DNA from: Pristiophorus japonicus
Taxonomy: Eukaryota
Direction: 5' to 3'
DNA length: 64,000 bases
NCBI RefSeq assembly: GCF_044704955.1
Contig: NW_027254520.1
Span: 2,728,001 to 2,792,000, forward strand
The translations under genes were made by a program, and so were the position numbers. Of the stretch, positions 12,616 to 24,904 are shown piece by piece. Each line of letters opens with the position of its first letter. Within the stretch, counting starts at the first letter, position 1. The notes beneath the pieces were generated by a model that was given only the letters and a program-made list of their open reading frames with translations, ran no database searches and had not been told where the DNA came from.

Positions 12616-12928
12616 GCTGCTATCACAGGATGCTGGCAACATTCCCACTGACATCAAACAATCAACGCGCTCTTTGCTTCTCCCTCTTGCATTCAATTTC
12701 TCTCTCACCCTCTGCCCTTATTTTTCCCAATCTTTGCTGCTCATTCTCCTGCTGCCATTGAAAGTCAAATGGGTCCACACACAACCAAACAAAAAATAAA
12801 GCAAAAAAATAACAGAGCAAATCAACACACCCAAACCAGTAAGTCTTTGTCATCCAAACCATCCTAGATCAAAGTCAGACATTGAGCTATAACTACCAGA
12901 CCGCAGCTCATTTCTGCAACAAAATAGG

Positions 12929-12983
12929 GACAGGTCTGATTTATACTTGGATAGGATTCTTAATACCAGGTGCTGGGCTTTTC
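12929..12983 (+). pseudogene. 5S-derived spacer pseudogene
   Basis: CAGGTCTGATTTATACTTGGATAGGATTCTTAATACCAGGTGCTGGGCTTTT. Confidence 0.65.
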
Positions 12984-13040
12984 CTTTTAGTCGAGGTTGT
13001 TGCTGCCTTCATTGAGCGCTCTATTTGCTGTTGTTTCCTC

Positions 13041-13170
13041 NNNNNNNNNNNNNNNNNNNNNNNNNNNNNNNNNNNNNNNNNNNNNNNNNNNNNNNNNNNN
13101 NNNNNNNNNNNNNNNNNNNNNNNNNNNNNNNNNNNNNNNNNNNNNNNNNNNNNNNNNNNNNNNNNNNNNN
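13041..13170. other. N gap at the microsatellite position of a type I spacer
   Basis: Run of N at the position where paralogous units carry (CT)n. Confidence 0.95.
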
Positions 13171-13384
13171 ACTTAGCAATGGAGGCTCTGGCTTCAACAT
13201 TGAGTGTGTGTTAGCGAGAGATGGCGCGAAGAGAGATTTGAAACAAGGTGGGAAGACAGGTAAAAGGACATGTAAGAAGTAGAAATGCTTCGGAGCTGTT
13301 AAGTAGCATTCATGTCTGAGCTGGCAGAAATCAGTAAGCAGCTGTCTGTCGCTCTTTGAATAAAGAGATAGCCAGATGTAATAT

Positions 13385-13496
13385 CGCTCTGGCCATGCAA
13401 GTCTGAAAATGTCTGATCTCGGATGCGGAGCAGAATAATGCCTTATTTGAACTTGGAAGGAAGACCGACTGGACATACCGGGTGCTGTAGACTTTT
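13385..13496 (+). pseudogene. 5S rRNA pseudogene
   Basis: GGCCATGCAAGTCTGAAAATGTCTGATCTCGGA...GACCGACTGGACATACCGGGTGCTGTAGACTTTT. Confidence 0.78.
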
Positions 13497-13756
13497 GCTG
13501 TCTCCACAGGCTGCTCGCAACTTTCATACTGCCATCAAACAATCAATCAGCTGTTCGCTTCTCGCTGCTGCGTTAAATTTCTCTCCCACCCTCTCCCTTT
13601 ATCTTTCCAAATCTTTGCTGCTCATTCTCCAGCTGCAACCCAACGTCAAGAGGGTCCACACACAACTAAACAAAAACACAGCAACAAAATAATCGAGCAA
13701 TACATCACACCCAAACCTGTATGTCCTTGTCATGCAAAGCATCCTAGATCAAACCG

Positions 13757-16306
13757 GTTGCTTCTGTCCCTGGCCGAAGCGACGCAGTACCGCCCGTTGC
13801 TGTCGCTGGCCGAAGGCCCATCGCCTAATCAGATCCATGATCAACATAAACATTGCCCTAAAACAGAACGGACAGCAGAAGCAGTTCCACAAAAAGTTAA
13901 TGCCGCGGAACTTAGAGAGCAAGCTAAGAGAGCCTTATACAGCCAGCGCCTCACAGCCAATCAGGTGTGCCTTGATGACACGGAGATGCTGAATCCCCAT
14001 CGCGCTTGGTCTGCCCCCCAGGCCTCTATAACCAGTGCCTGTGAAGAGACACTTCATCACTCAACCAGAAAACATCAAGAAAGGTTGATGAAAATGATCA
14101 GGAGATCGAAGAACTAATAAATTGCAAGCGCAATGCATTTTTGAGCATCAAGCAACAGCCCAACTCGAGAGCTGCAAAACAGCATTACAAACGGCTCAAG
14201 GCTCAGGTGCAACAAAACAACCGGGACCGAAAGAACAGGTGCTGGATGGAGAAAGCACAGGAGATACAACAACACGTCGACAGCCACGATATGTGAGGAT
14301 TCTTCGCTGTAGTCAAGCCACCTACGGACCAAACTCTGAAGGCTCCAACCCACTCCTGGCCAAGAACGAGGAAACACTCATCAAGGACACCGAGGCTGTC
14401 AGGGCCCGATGAAGAAGCATTTTTAACATCTCCTCAATCGAGACTCTGCCTTTGACTCGAGTGTTGTCGATTCCATCCCGCAGCATGCAACCCACTGTCA
14501 ACTCAGTGAAACTCCAACCTTGCACGAGATAGGCAAAACCATAAAACAGCTTAAGAATAAAAAGTCTACGAGTGTGGATGGAATCCATGATGAGGCGCTA
14601 AAATAAGATGGAGAGGCGCTGTTGGCGCGGAAACATGAACTCATCTCTCTCATCTGGAGGGAGGAGAGCATGCCTGGAGATCTGAGAGATGCAGTGATTG
14701 TGACCATTTTTAAAGGGAGAGACAAGTTCGACTGCGGCAACTACAGGGGAATCTCCCTGCTTTCATCCACTGGGAAAGTTGTCGCTCGAGTTCTCCTCAA
14801 TCATCTTCTCACTGTGGCTGAGGAGCTCTTCGCGGAATCACAATGCGGATTTCTTCCCCTACGGGGCACAACAGGCATGATCGTTGCAGCGCGCCAGTTG
14901 CAGGAAAACTGCAGAGAGCAGCGTCAACCCTTATACATGGCCTTTTTCTATCTAACAAAGGCCTTTGACACTGTCAACCATGAGGGTATTTGGAGCGTCC
15001 TCCTTCGTTTCGGATGGCCCCAAAAGTTGGTCAACATCCTTCGCTTGCTTCACGATAACATGCAAGCCGTGCTCCTTACCAATGGATCAATTACAGCCGC
15101 AATCCACGACCGCACCGGGGTCAAACAGGGCTGTGTAATCGCTCCAAACCTCTTTTCAATCTTCCTCGCCGCCATGCTCCACCTCTCAATCAACAAGCTC
15201 CCCGCTGGAGAAGAATTAAACTAGAGAACCCGTGGGAAGCTGGTTAAGCGACGCTGCGTCCAGATCAGGTCCAAGATCACCCCAACCTCTGTTATTCAAC
15301 TGCAGTATGTGGACGATGTCTGTTACTGTGCACATTCAGAGGCTAAACTCCAGGATATGGTCAATGTATTCACTGAGGCATATTGAAACATGGGCCTGAC
15401 GGTTAACATCCGTGAGACAAAGGTCCTTCACCAGCCTGTCATTGCCACACAGCACAGCCCTCCAATCGTCAAGATCTATGGCGCGGCACTGGACAAAGTG
15501 GACAATGTCCTACATCTCGGGAATCTCTTATCAACAAAGGCAGACATTGATGTGGAGATTCAGCGTCGCCTTCAGTGCAACAGCGCAGCCTTCGACTGCC
15601 TGCGGAAAAAGAGTGTTTGAAGACCAGGCCCTCAAATCTAACATTAATCTCATGGTCTACAGGGCTGCAGTAATAACCGCCCTTCTGTATGGGGCAGAGG
15701 TATGGACGATGTACAGAAGGCACCTCAAACCGCTGGAGATATTTCACCAACGATGACTCCGCAAGATCCTGCAAAGATCCTGGGAGGACAGGCGCACCAA
15801 CGTCAGTGTCCACGAGCAGGCTAACTTCCCCAGTATTGAAGCACTGACCACACTCGGTCATCTTCACTGGGCAGGACACATAGTATGCCTGTCAGATATA
15901 AGACTCCCGATTCAAATGCTTTATGCCGAGCTCCTTCATGGTAAACGGGCCAAAAGACGACAGTGGAAACGTTATAAGGACACCCTCCAAGACTCGCTGG
16001 TAAAGTAAGACTGCACCACTGACACTTGGGAGACCCTGGCCGGAGACTGCCCGAGGTGGAGAAAGTCCATCCGGGATTGAGCTTTTCGAATCTCAACGCA
16101 AAAGAGCATGAAGAGGCCAAGTGCAGGCAGCGCAAGGAGCGCTTGGCAGACCAGCCCCACCGAACCCTTCCCTCGCCGAATGTCTGTCCCACCTGTAACA
16201 GGGTCTGTGGCTCTCGTCTCGGACTGTTCAGCCATCAAAGAGCTCAGTTTTGGAATGGAAGCAAGTCCTCCTCGATTACGAGGGACTGGCTTTGATTGAT
16301 TGATTG
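13757..16306 (+). mobile_element. RTE-clade LINE, 5'-truncated, inserted in a 5S spacer
   Basis: RT ORF 14622-15224 (CGNYRGISLLS, ESQCGF, TGVKQGCVIAP), downstream QYVDD, C-terminal CPTCNRVCGSRLGLFSH; (GATT)n tail; imperfect TSD AGATCAAACCG (13746) / AGATCAATCTG (16307). Confidence 0.92.
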
Positions 16307-16369
16307 AGATCAATCTGAGACATTGCGCTATTACTGCCACATCGCAGCTCATTTCTTCAACAAGGTCTG

Positions 16370-16424
16370 GACAGGTCTGATTACTACTTAGATAGGAGAT
16401 CTAATTCGAGGTATACTCGGCTTG
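16370..16424 (+). pseudogene. 5S-derived spacer pseudogene
   Basis: CAGGTCTGATTACTACTTAGATAGGAG; continues the type I unit interrupted by the RTE. Confidence 0.55.
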
Positions 16425-16760
16425 GAGGTTGTCACTGCATTCATTCAGCGTTCCATTTGCTGTTCGTACCTGCGCTTTCAACTACTCTCTCTCGCTCTCG
16501 CTCTCCAATAGGGACAGGTCTTATTTGTACATAGCAATGTTGGCTCGGTTTAATAGTTTGTATGTGTGTTAGCGAGAGATGGCTCGAAGAGAGATAGAAA
16601 AGTAGATGGTAAGGCAGGTAAAAGGAAATGTAAGAAGTACAAATGCTTCCAAGCTGCTTGATCGCAAATAGCTGTTTGATAGCGTTCATGTATCAGCTGA
16701 CAGAAAGCTATAAACAGCTGTCTGTGTCTCTTTCAGTAAAAAGAGGGCCAACGGTTACAT

Positions 16761-16882
16761 ATGTACGGCCACACTACTCTGAAAAATCCTGATCTCATCA
16801 GATCTCGAATACAATGCAGAGTCGGGCCTGGTTAGTAATAGAAGGGAGACCGCCTGGGAATACGAGGTGCAGTAGGCATTTT
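16761..16882 (+). rRNA. 5S rRNA-like copy, full length, diverged (likely pseudogene)
   Basis: TACGGCCACACTACTCTGAAAAATCCTGATCTCATCAGATCTCG...GTCGGGCCTGGTTAGTAATAGAAGGGAGACCGCCTGGGAATACGAGGTGCAGTAGGCATTTT. Confidence 0.82.
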
Positions 16883-17735
16883 CTTCCACCACAGGCTGCT
16901 CATGGTTCTGCACACAAACTGCCGTTAATCCATCAACAACCTTTTTGCTGCTCTTTATTTCTCAGTTTCCTTACACCATTTCTTTTCTGCACCTTCTCCT
17001 GCTGCAATATAAATGCAAGGGAGTCGACGCAGGGGGCGAAGGAATGCAGAAGAACAAAATAAGATAGCAAAAAGCCACATGCTGGCGGAGGGGCACCAGG
17101 ACGCAGCAGCAGAGAGGAGAGACAAGGTGCATCGGAACTCGGAGGGACAAATAGGTACAGAACAAAGAATAATGTAGGAAGAGGGGCAATTCAATGCAGG
17201 AAAAAAGCAAAGCGAATTGACATGCTACTTGATTGCATGTGTGTTACAAACTAGATTGACGAGTTGCAGGTACCACTTGCACATGGGGATCTGAAATGTG
17301 GCTCGAACAGAGATCTGGCTTAAGAATGGAAAGGATTGGAAATTAAACAATCGTAGCGATTTGGAGGCGGTGGAAGTTTTTTTGGGGTGAGCTCAGATTT
17401 GGGGGTTGGGAGGTTTGCGGGAGAGCGATTTAAGGGGGTGAGAGATTTCGAGGTAGGCGAGCGTGAGATTTGCGAGTGAATGAATGAGTGATTTGGGGGT
17501 GAGTGAGGGAATGGTGAAAGTCAGGTACTTTTGCAGCTTGAGGCAAGGCAATGAAGGGGGTAGGGCTTTGTAGGTTTTTTTGTATGAGAGGAGAGCAGCA
17601 AGAGGTGTGGGTGGCGTAAGGAAAATGGTGCAATGAAAATTGAGTGCTGATTGCTTTGTGAATGCATGGAATGAGAAAATGAAATGAAGTTCAGCTGTAT
17701 GTCCATTTAAGTAAAGAGACAGCCAGCGTGCTGAT

Positions 17736-17847
17736 GCCAACGTCCACACTAGTCTGGAAACGCCTGATCTCGAAAACTAAGCAGAATCAGACGTGCTGAG
17801 TAGTTGGATGGGAGACGGCATGTGAATATCAGAGGCAGTCAGCTATT
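17736..17847 (+). pseudogene. 5S rRNA pseudogene (type II spacer)
   Basis: CCACACTAGTCTGGAAACGCCTGATCTCGAAAACTAAGCAG...TTGGATGGGAGACGG; internal deletion. Confidence 0.78.
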
Positions 17848-18678
17848 GCTGCCACCACAAGCCGCACATGGTTCTGCATGCACACTGAACGTAATCCATA
17901 AGCAAACGTTCTGCTGCTCTCTCTCTCTCATATATCGTTCGTGCAATTTCTTCTGCTGCAATACAAATGCAAGGGGGTCGACGCAGAACAACAAAATAAA
18001 ATAGCAAAAAACCACATAGGGGGCCGAGGGGCAACAGACAGGAGACACAAGGTGAATCGAAACCTGGGAGGGATAAATAGCAACAGAACAAAGAATAGTG
18101 CAGGAAGAGCAGCAATTAAATGCAGGAAAAAAGCAAAGGGAACTCGCATGCTGTTAGAATGCATGCGTGTTAATGTGATGAATGTTACAAATCAGATCGG
18201 CGTGTTGCAGGCGTCATTTGACACATGGGGTTATAAAATGTTGCTCTAACTGAGACCTGGATTAAAAATGGGTAGGATTTGAAATTAAACAATCTTGGTG
18301 ATTTGGGTCGGTGCAACCTTTTCTAAGCGGGAGGAGAGATATGGGCAAGGGGAGATTTGGGGGGAGAGCGATTTGATCTGTTGAGAGATTTCGAGTTTGC
18401 CGAGCGTGAGATTTGGGGGTGAGTGAGTGAGTGATTTGGGGGTGAGCGAAGGATTGTTGAAAGTCAGGTAGTTTTGAAGCTTGAGGCAAGGCAATGAAGG
18501 AGGTAGGGCTTGGAGTTTGTTTGTGTGGGAGGCAGAGCAGCAAGGAGTTGGGGTGGCGGAAGGAAAATGCTGAAATGAAAATTGAGTGCTGATTACTTGT
18601 ATGAATGCATAGAATGAGAAAAATAAATGAAGTACAGCCATACTTCCGTTTAAGTAAATAGAAAGCCAGTGTTGTGAT

Positions 18679-18799
18679 ACATATGGCCACACTAGTCTGA
18701 AAACGCCCGATGTTGTCTGATCTTAGAAACTAAGCAGATTCATAACTTGGTGGGGACTTGAATGGGAAAGCACCTGTTAAGACCAGATGCAGAAGGCTT
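18679..18799 (+). pseudogene. 5S rRNA pseudogene (type II spacer)
   Basis: ATGGCCACACTAGTCTGAAAACGCCCGATGTTGTCTGATCTTAGAAACTAAGCAG...GCAGAAGGCTT. Confidence 0.8.
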
Positions 18800-19652
18800 C
18801 TGCTGCCGCCGAGGTCCGCTCATGGATCTGCACACACACTGCCGTTAATCCATCAACACACTCTTTGCTACTCTCTCTCTCACTTTCCTTTCCCCATTTC
18901 TTTCTTGCACATTCTCCTGCTGCTGCACAAATGCAAGAGTGTCGACGTAGGGGCGAAAGAACGCAGAACAAAAATATGATCGTAAAAACCATACGCTTGT
19001 GAAGGGGCACCAGTACGCAGCAGCAGAGAGGAAAGACCAGGTGCATAGAAAACTGGGAGGGATAAACAGCAACAGAAGAAAGAATAGTGTAGGAAGAGCA
19101 GCATTTCAATACAGGAAAAAAGCAAAGCCATCTGGCATACTGCTGGAAGCATGTGGGTTAATGTGAGGAGTGTTACAAATCAGATTGATGAGTTGCAGGC
19201 GCCACTTGCCACATGAGGTTTTGAAATGTGGCTATGCCAGAGATCTGGCTTAAAAATGGGTAGGATTGGAAACTAAACAATCCTTGCGATTTGGGGGCGG
19301 TGGAAGCTTTTTTGGGGGAGGAGACATTTGGGGAAGGGGAGATGTTGGGGGAGAGCGATTTGAGGGGGTGAGAGATTTCGAGGTTGGCGAGTTTGAGATG
19401 TGGAGGTGAGTGAGTGAGTGATATGGGGGTGAGTGAGCGAATGGTGAAAGTCAAGTAATTTTGAAGCTTGAGGCAAGTCAATGAAGGGGGTTGGGCTTGT
19501 ACCTTGTTTGTGTGGGGGCAGAGCAGCAGGAGGTGGGTGTGGCGGAAGGAAAATGGTGAAAGGAAAGTTGAGTGCTGATTACTTGTATGAATGCTTAGAA
19601 ATGAATAGCAGCCGTATGTCCGTTTAAGTAACGAGAAAGCACATGTGCTAAT

Positions 19653-19774
19653 GGCTATGACCACACTAGTCTGAAAACGCCCGATCTCATCTGAATTCGG
19701 AACCTACGCAGAGTCAGGCCTGATTAGTATTTGGATTGGAGACCGCCTGGGAACGCCAGATTCAGTAGGCTTTT
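19653..19774 (+). rRNA. 5S rRNA-like copy, ~120 nt, among the least diverged here
   Basis: GGCTATGACCACACTAGTCTGAAAACGCCCGATCTCATCTGAATTCGGAACCTACGCAGAGTCAGGCCTGATTAGTATTTGGATTGGAGACCGCCTGGGAACGCCAGATTCAGTAGGCTTTT; boxes A and C carry substitutions. Confidence 0.85.
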
Positions 19775-19959
19775 GATGCCACCACAGTCTCTCTGTCGGC
19801 AGCCTGAATCCTTCACCAAATTAATTTCAGATTGAAATCATCTTTAACATCGCTTCTCGCCGCCAAATGTGATGCATTCACAGAGCCCAAGCACACACAG
19901 CTTTCTAACGTCGCAGGCAGCTCTGGGCAGTCTCTGGAACCTTCTGGTTCTGTTTAATT

Positions 19960-20095
19960 AAGGGATCAAGGGGTATGGATAGAAAGCAGGAAAGCGGTAC
20001 TGAGGTGAACGATCAGCCATGATCTTATTGAATGATGGTGCAGACTCGAAGGGCCGAATGACCCATTCCTGCACCTATTTTCTATGTTTCTACGT
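19960..20095 (+). mobile_element. CR1 3'-tail fragment at the centre of the inversion
   Basis: AAGGGATCAAGGGGTATGGA...CTCGAAGGGCCGAATG...TTCTATGTTTCTA. Confidence 0.8.
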
Positions 20096-20301
20096 ATTGC
20101 TCGGTTAAGTTGCTGCTCTGTTTTCTGGAAGCTTGTGTGCGGACCCTCTTGACTTTCGATGGCAGCAGGACAAGAAGCTACAAATCTTAGCATAATAAAG
20201 GGAGCGGGTGAGAGAGAACTTAAATGCAGGAGGGAAAAGTAAAAAGCTTGTTGATTGGTTGACGGCAGTGTGAATGTTGGGAGCAGCCTGTGGTGGCACC
20301 G

Positions 20302-20412
20302 AATGTGAACAGCATCTGGTATTCCAAATCGGTGTCCCTTCCAGGTACTAAGCAGTCATTATTCTGCTTCGCATTCGAGATCAGACTTTTTCGGACACGT
20401 ATGGCCGCACGT
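20302..20412 (-). pseudogene. 5S rRNA pseudogene
   Basis: Reverse complement reads GCGGCCATACGTGTCCGAAAAAGTCTGATCTCG...TTAGTACCTGGAAGGGACACCG...GAATACCAGATGCTG. Confidence 0.75.
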
Positions 20413-20631
20413 ATCTAATAGTTGGTTCTCTCTTTAAATAAAGAGCCACAGACAGCTGCTTATTGCTTTCTGTCAGCTCAAACAACAAAAATGGATTTGT
20501 ACTTCTTACCTTTCCTTTTCCCCGTCTTCCCACCTTCTTTTCTCTCTCACTTCCCTCCTTCTCTCGCGAACACACAAACAAACTATAAGCCCGAGCCACC
20601 AATGCTAATTACAAATTAGGCCTGTGCCTAG

Positions 20632-20667
20632 TGGAGAGAGAGAGAGCGGAACGGAGAGAGAGAGAGC

Positions 20668-20717
<50 letters not shown>

Positions 20718-20780
20718 AAGAGCAAGAGCGAGAAAGAGACGGAGAGCGATAGCGAGAGCGACAGAAAGACAGAGAGAGTT
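20632..20780. repeat. (GA)n microsatellite in a type I 5S spacer
   Basis: Imperfect GAGAGA tract; a shorter equivalent is at ~21563-21630. Confidence 0.9.
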
Positions 20781-20848
20781 GTAGAAAGCAAGCGAACGAA
20801 CAGCAAATGGATTGCTGAATCAAGGCAGCGACAACCTCGACTAATAGA

Positions 20849-20905
20849 AAAAGCCTAGCACACGTGATATTAAGACTCCTACCAAGAACTAATCAGAATT
20901 GTCCC
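20849..20905 (-). pseudogene. 5S-derived spacer pseudogene
   Basis: Reverse complement CTGATTAGTTCTTGGTAGGAGTCTTAATATCACGTGTGCTAGGCTTTT. Confidence 0.55.
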
Positions 20906-21215
20906 TACTTTGTTGCAAAAAAGAGCTATGATGTGGTAGTTATAGCGCAATGTCTGAGTTTGATCTAAGATGTTTTGGATGACAACGATTACTAGTTTGG
21001 GTGTGTTGTTTTGATCGGTTATTTTGATGCATTATTTTTTGGTTCGTTTTGTGTGGAACCCCTTGAATTTCTATGGCAGCAGGAGAATGAGCAGCAAAGA
21101 TTTGGAAAAATAAAGGGAAAGGGTTAAACAGAAACTGAATGTCGGAGCGAGAAGCGAACAGTTTGTTGATTGGTTGAGGACACTCTGAATGTGGCGAGTA
21201 ATCTGTGGTGCTACC

Positions 21216-21338
21216 AAATGTCTACAACACCTGGTATTCCCTGTCCATCAGCCTTCCAAATACTAACCAGGCATTATTTTACTTCAACATCCAAGATTAG
21301 AGGAGATTGGAGATTTTCAGACTAGTATGGCTGTAGTT
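21216..21338 (-). pseudogene. 5S rRNA pseudogene
   Basis: Reverse complement CTACAGCCATACTAGTCTGAAAA...GCCTGGTTAGTATTTGGAAGG...GGGAATACCAGGTGTTGTAGACATTT. Confidence 0.78.
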
Positions 21339-21704
21339 ATAGAACAGCTGGCTCTCTCTTTACTTAAAGAGCCACAGACAGCTCCTTACTGCTTTCTGTC
21401 AGCTGAATGCTATCAAACAGGTCAGAAGCATTTGTACTTCTTACATTTCCTTATACATGCCTTACACCTTGTTTTATTCTCTGTTCACGCCATCTCTGGC
21501 TAACACACTCGAACTAAAAACCCGAGCCACCATTGCTAAGTACAAATCAACCCTCTGCCTATTAGAGAGAGCGAGAGTGTGAGCGACAGCGAGCGAGAGA
21601 GATAGCGAAAGAGAGTGCGAGAGAGAGAGAGTTATAGAAAGAAATGCATGATCGAAAAGCAAATGGAGCGCTGAATAAAGGCTGCGACAACCTCGACTAA
21701 TAGG

Positions 21705-21762
21705 AAAAGCCTCGTACAACTTGTATTAAGACATCAATCCAAGTATTAATCAGACCTGCCCC
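21705..21762 (-). pseudogene. 5S-derived spacer pseudogene
   Basis: Reverse complement GCAGGTCTGATTAATACTTGGATTGATGTCTTAATACAAG...AGGCTTTT. Confidence 0.55.
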
Positions 21763-21968
21763 TACTTTGTTGCAGAATTGAGCTACGATGTGTTAGCTAT
21801 AGCGCAACGTCTGAATTTTATCTAGGATGCATTGGATGATCAGGAGTTACAGCTTTGGGTGTGGTGTTTTGCTCTGTTATTTTGTTGCTGTGTTTTTTGC
21901 TTGGATATGCATGAACGCCCTTGACTTTCTATGGCAGCAGGAAAATAAGCAGCAACGATTTGGAAAAT

Positions 21969-24904
21969 ATAGAAACATAGAAACATAGAAAATAGGCGGA
22001 GGAGTAGGCCATTCGGTCCTTCGCGCCATAACCACCATTCAATAAGATAATGGCTGATCACTCCATCTGTACGCCTTTGCTGCTTTATCCCCATACCCCT
22101 TGATCCACTTAGCCATAGGGGTCATATCTAACTCCCTCTTGAATAGATCCAATGAACTGGCATCAACAACTCTCTGCGACAGGGAATTCCACAGGTTAAC
22201 AACTCTCTGAGTGAAGAAGTTTTCTCATCTCTGACATAAATGGCCTACCCCTTGTCATAAGGCTATGTCACCTGGTTCTGGACTTCCGCAACATCGGGAA
22301 CATTCTTCCCGCATTTAACCTGTCCAGTGCAGTCAGAATCTTATAGATTTCTACGAAATCCCCTCTCATCCTTCGAACCTCCAGTGAATAAAATCGCAGT
22401 TGATCCAGTCTCTCTCATATGACATCCCTGGAATCAGTCTGCTGAACCTTCGATGCACTCCCTCATTAGCAAGAACGTCCTTCCTCGGATTAGGAGATCA
22501 AAACTGAGCACAATATTCCAGGTGATGCCTCACTAATGCCCTGTACAAGTGCACTAAGACCTCCTTGCTCCTATACACAAATCCCCCTGCTATGAAGGCC
22601 AACATATCATTTGCCTTTTTCACTGTTTGCTGTACCTACATGCCAGCTTTCAATGACTGATGAACCATGACCTCCAGCTCTCGTTGCACATCCCCTTTTA
22701 AAATCTGCCGCCATTCAGATAGTATTCTGCCTTCGTGTTTTTGGCCCTAAAATGGATAACCTCACATTTATCCAAATTATACTACATGTGCATTGGATTT
22801 GGCCAATCACCTAAACTGTCCAAGTCACCCTGCTGCCTCTTCGTGTCCGCCTCATAGCTCACACTGCCACCTAGTTTAGTATCATCTGCAAACTTGGAGA
22901 TATTACACTTAATTCCTTCATCTAAATCGTTAATAATATTGTAAAGAGCTGAGGTCCCATCACTGAGCCTGCGGCACTCCACTAGTCACTGCCTGCCATT
23001 CTCAAAAGGACCCTTTTGTCCCGACACTCTACTTCCTGTCTGCCAACCAGATCTCTATCCACGTCAGTACATTACCGTAATGCCATTCGCTTTAATTTTG
23101 CACACTAATGTCTTGTGCGGGACCTTGTCAAATGTCCAAATACACCACATTCACTGGTTCTACCTTGTCCACGCTGCTAGTTACGTGTTCAAAAAATTAC
23201 AGCAGATTCGTCAAGCCTGATTTCCCTTTCATAAATACATGCTGAGATTGAACGATCCTGTCACTACTTTCCAAATGCGCTGCTGTTTCATCCTTAATGA
23301 TTGATTCCAACATTTCCCCCCCTACTGATGTGAGGTTAACCGGTCTATAATTACCCGTTTTCTCTCTGCCTCCTTTTTTAAAAAGTGGTGTTACATTAGC
23401 TACCCTCCAGTCTATAGGAACTGATCCTAATTCGATGGACTGTTGGAAAATAATCACCAATGCCACTTCCTTAAGTACTCTGGGATGAAGATTATCAGGC
23501 CCCGGGGATTTATCGGCCTTCAATCCCATCAATTTACCTAACACAATTTCCTGCCTAATAAAGATATCCTGCAGTTCCTCCTTCTCCCGAGACACATTTT
23601 CCCCTAGTACATTCAAAAGGTTACTTGTGTCTTCCCTCGAGAAGATAGAACCGAAGTATTTGTTCAATTGGTCTGCCATTTCTATGTTCCGCATTATAAA
23701 TTCAGCTGAATCCGACTACAAGTGACTTACGTTTGTCTTCACTAATCTTTTTCTCTTCACATATTTATAGAAGCTTTAGCAGTCAGTTTTTATGATCCCT
23801 TCAAGATTCCTCTCTTAATCTATTTTCCCCCTCTTAATCAAACCCTTAGTCCTCCTCTGTTGAATTTTAAACCACGCGCAGTCCTTTTTCTAGCCAAATT
23901 ATATGCTCTTTTCTAGCCAAATTATATGCTCTTCGTTGGGTTTACCATTATCCTGAATTTCCCTTGTTAGCCACGGTTGAGCCACCTTCACCATTTTGTT
24001 TACTCCAGATAGAGATGTTAAATTGCTGAAGTTCATCCATGCGACCTTTAAATGTTACCATTGCTTACCACCTGCAACCCTTTATGTATCCTTTGCCAGT
24101 CTATTCTCGCCAAATCACGCCTCATAACATCGAAGTTACCTTTCCTTAAGTTCAGGACCATAGTTTCTAAATTAACTGTGTCACTCTCCATCTTCATAAA
24201 CAATTCTACCATATTACGGTCAGTCTTCCCCAAGGGGCCTCGCACAACAAGATTGCTAATGAGTCCCTTCTCATTACACATCACCCAGTCTAGGATGGTC
24301 AGCTCTCTAGTTGGTTTCTCGTCACTTTGGTGTAGAAAACAATCCCAAATACACTCCAGGAAATCTTCCTCCACCGCATTGCAACCTGTTTGTGTTCGCA
24401 CAATCAACATGTAGATTAAAGTCGCTCATGATAACTGTTTTACATTTATTGCACACATCTCTTTTTTCTTATTTGATGCTGTCCCCGTTCTCACTACTAA
24501 TGTTTGGTGATCTATACACAATTCCCACTAGCGTTTTCTGCCCTTTGCTGTTCCGCAGCTTCACCCATACCTATTCCAAATCATTCAGGTTAATGTCCCT
24601 CCTTACTATTGCATTAATTTCCTCTTTAATCAGCAACGACACACCGCCTCCTTTTCCTCTCTGCCTATTTTTCCTAAAAGTTGAATACCACTGGATGTTG
24701 AGTTCCCAACCTTGGTCACCCTGGAACGATGCCTCCATGATGCCAAATACATCATATCCGATAACTGCTGTCTGCGCAGTTAATTCGTCCAAAGTTTTCC
24801 GAATAATCCTCGCATTGAGGCACAGAGCCTTCAGGCTTGTCTTTTTAACACAATTTGTCCCTTCAGAATTTTGCTGTAATTTTGCCCTTTTTGTTTTTTG
24901 CCTT
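21969..24904 (-). mobile_element. CR1 LINE covering most of ORF2 (APE and RT), decayed, inserted in a 5S spacer
   Basis: APE start LKALCLNARIIR...GKGGGVSLLIKE, RT region KSPGPDNLHPRVLKE, NYRPVNLTS, KFADDTKLGG; tail ATAGAAAC repeats at 21969; short AAATA duplication at both ends. Confidence 0.93.

Noticed and set aside
12003-13542. ORFs spanning the N runs
   Set aside because: Artefacts of unknown bases; no coding signal.
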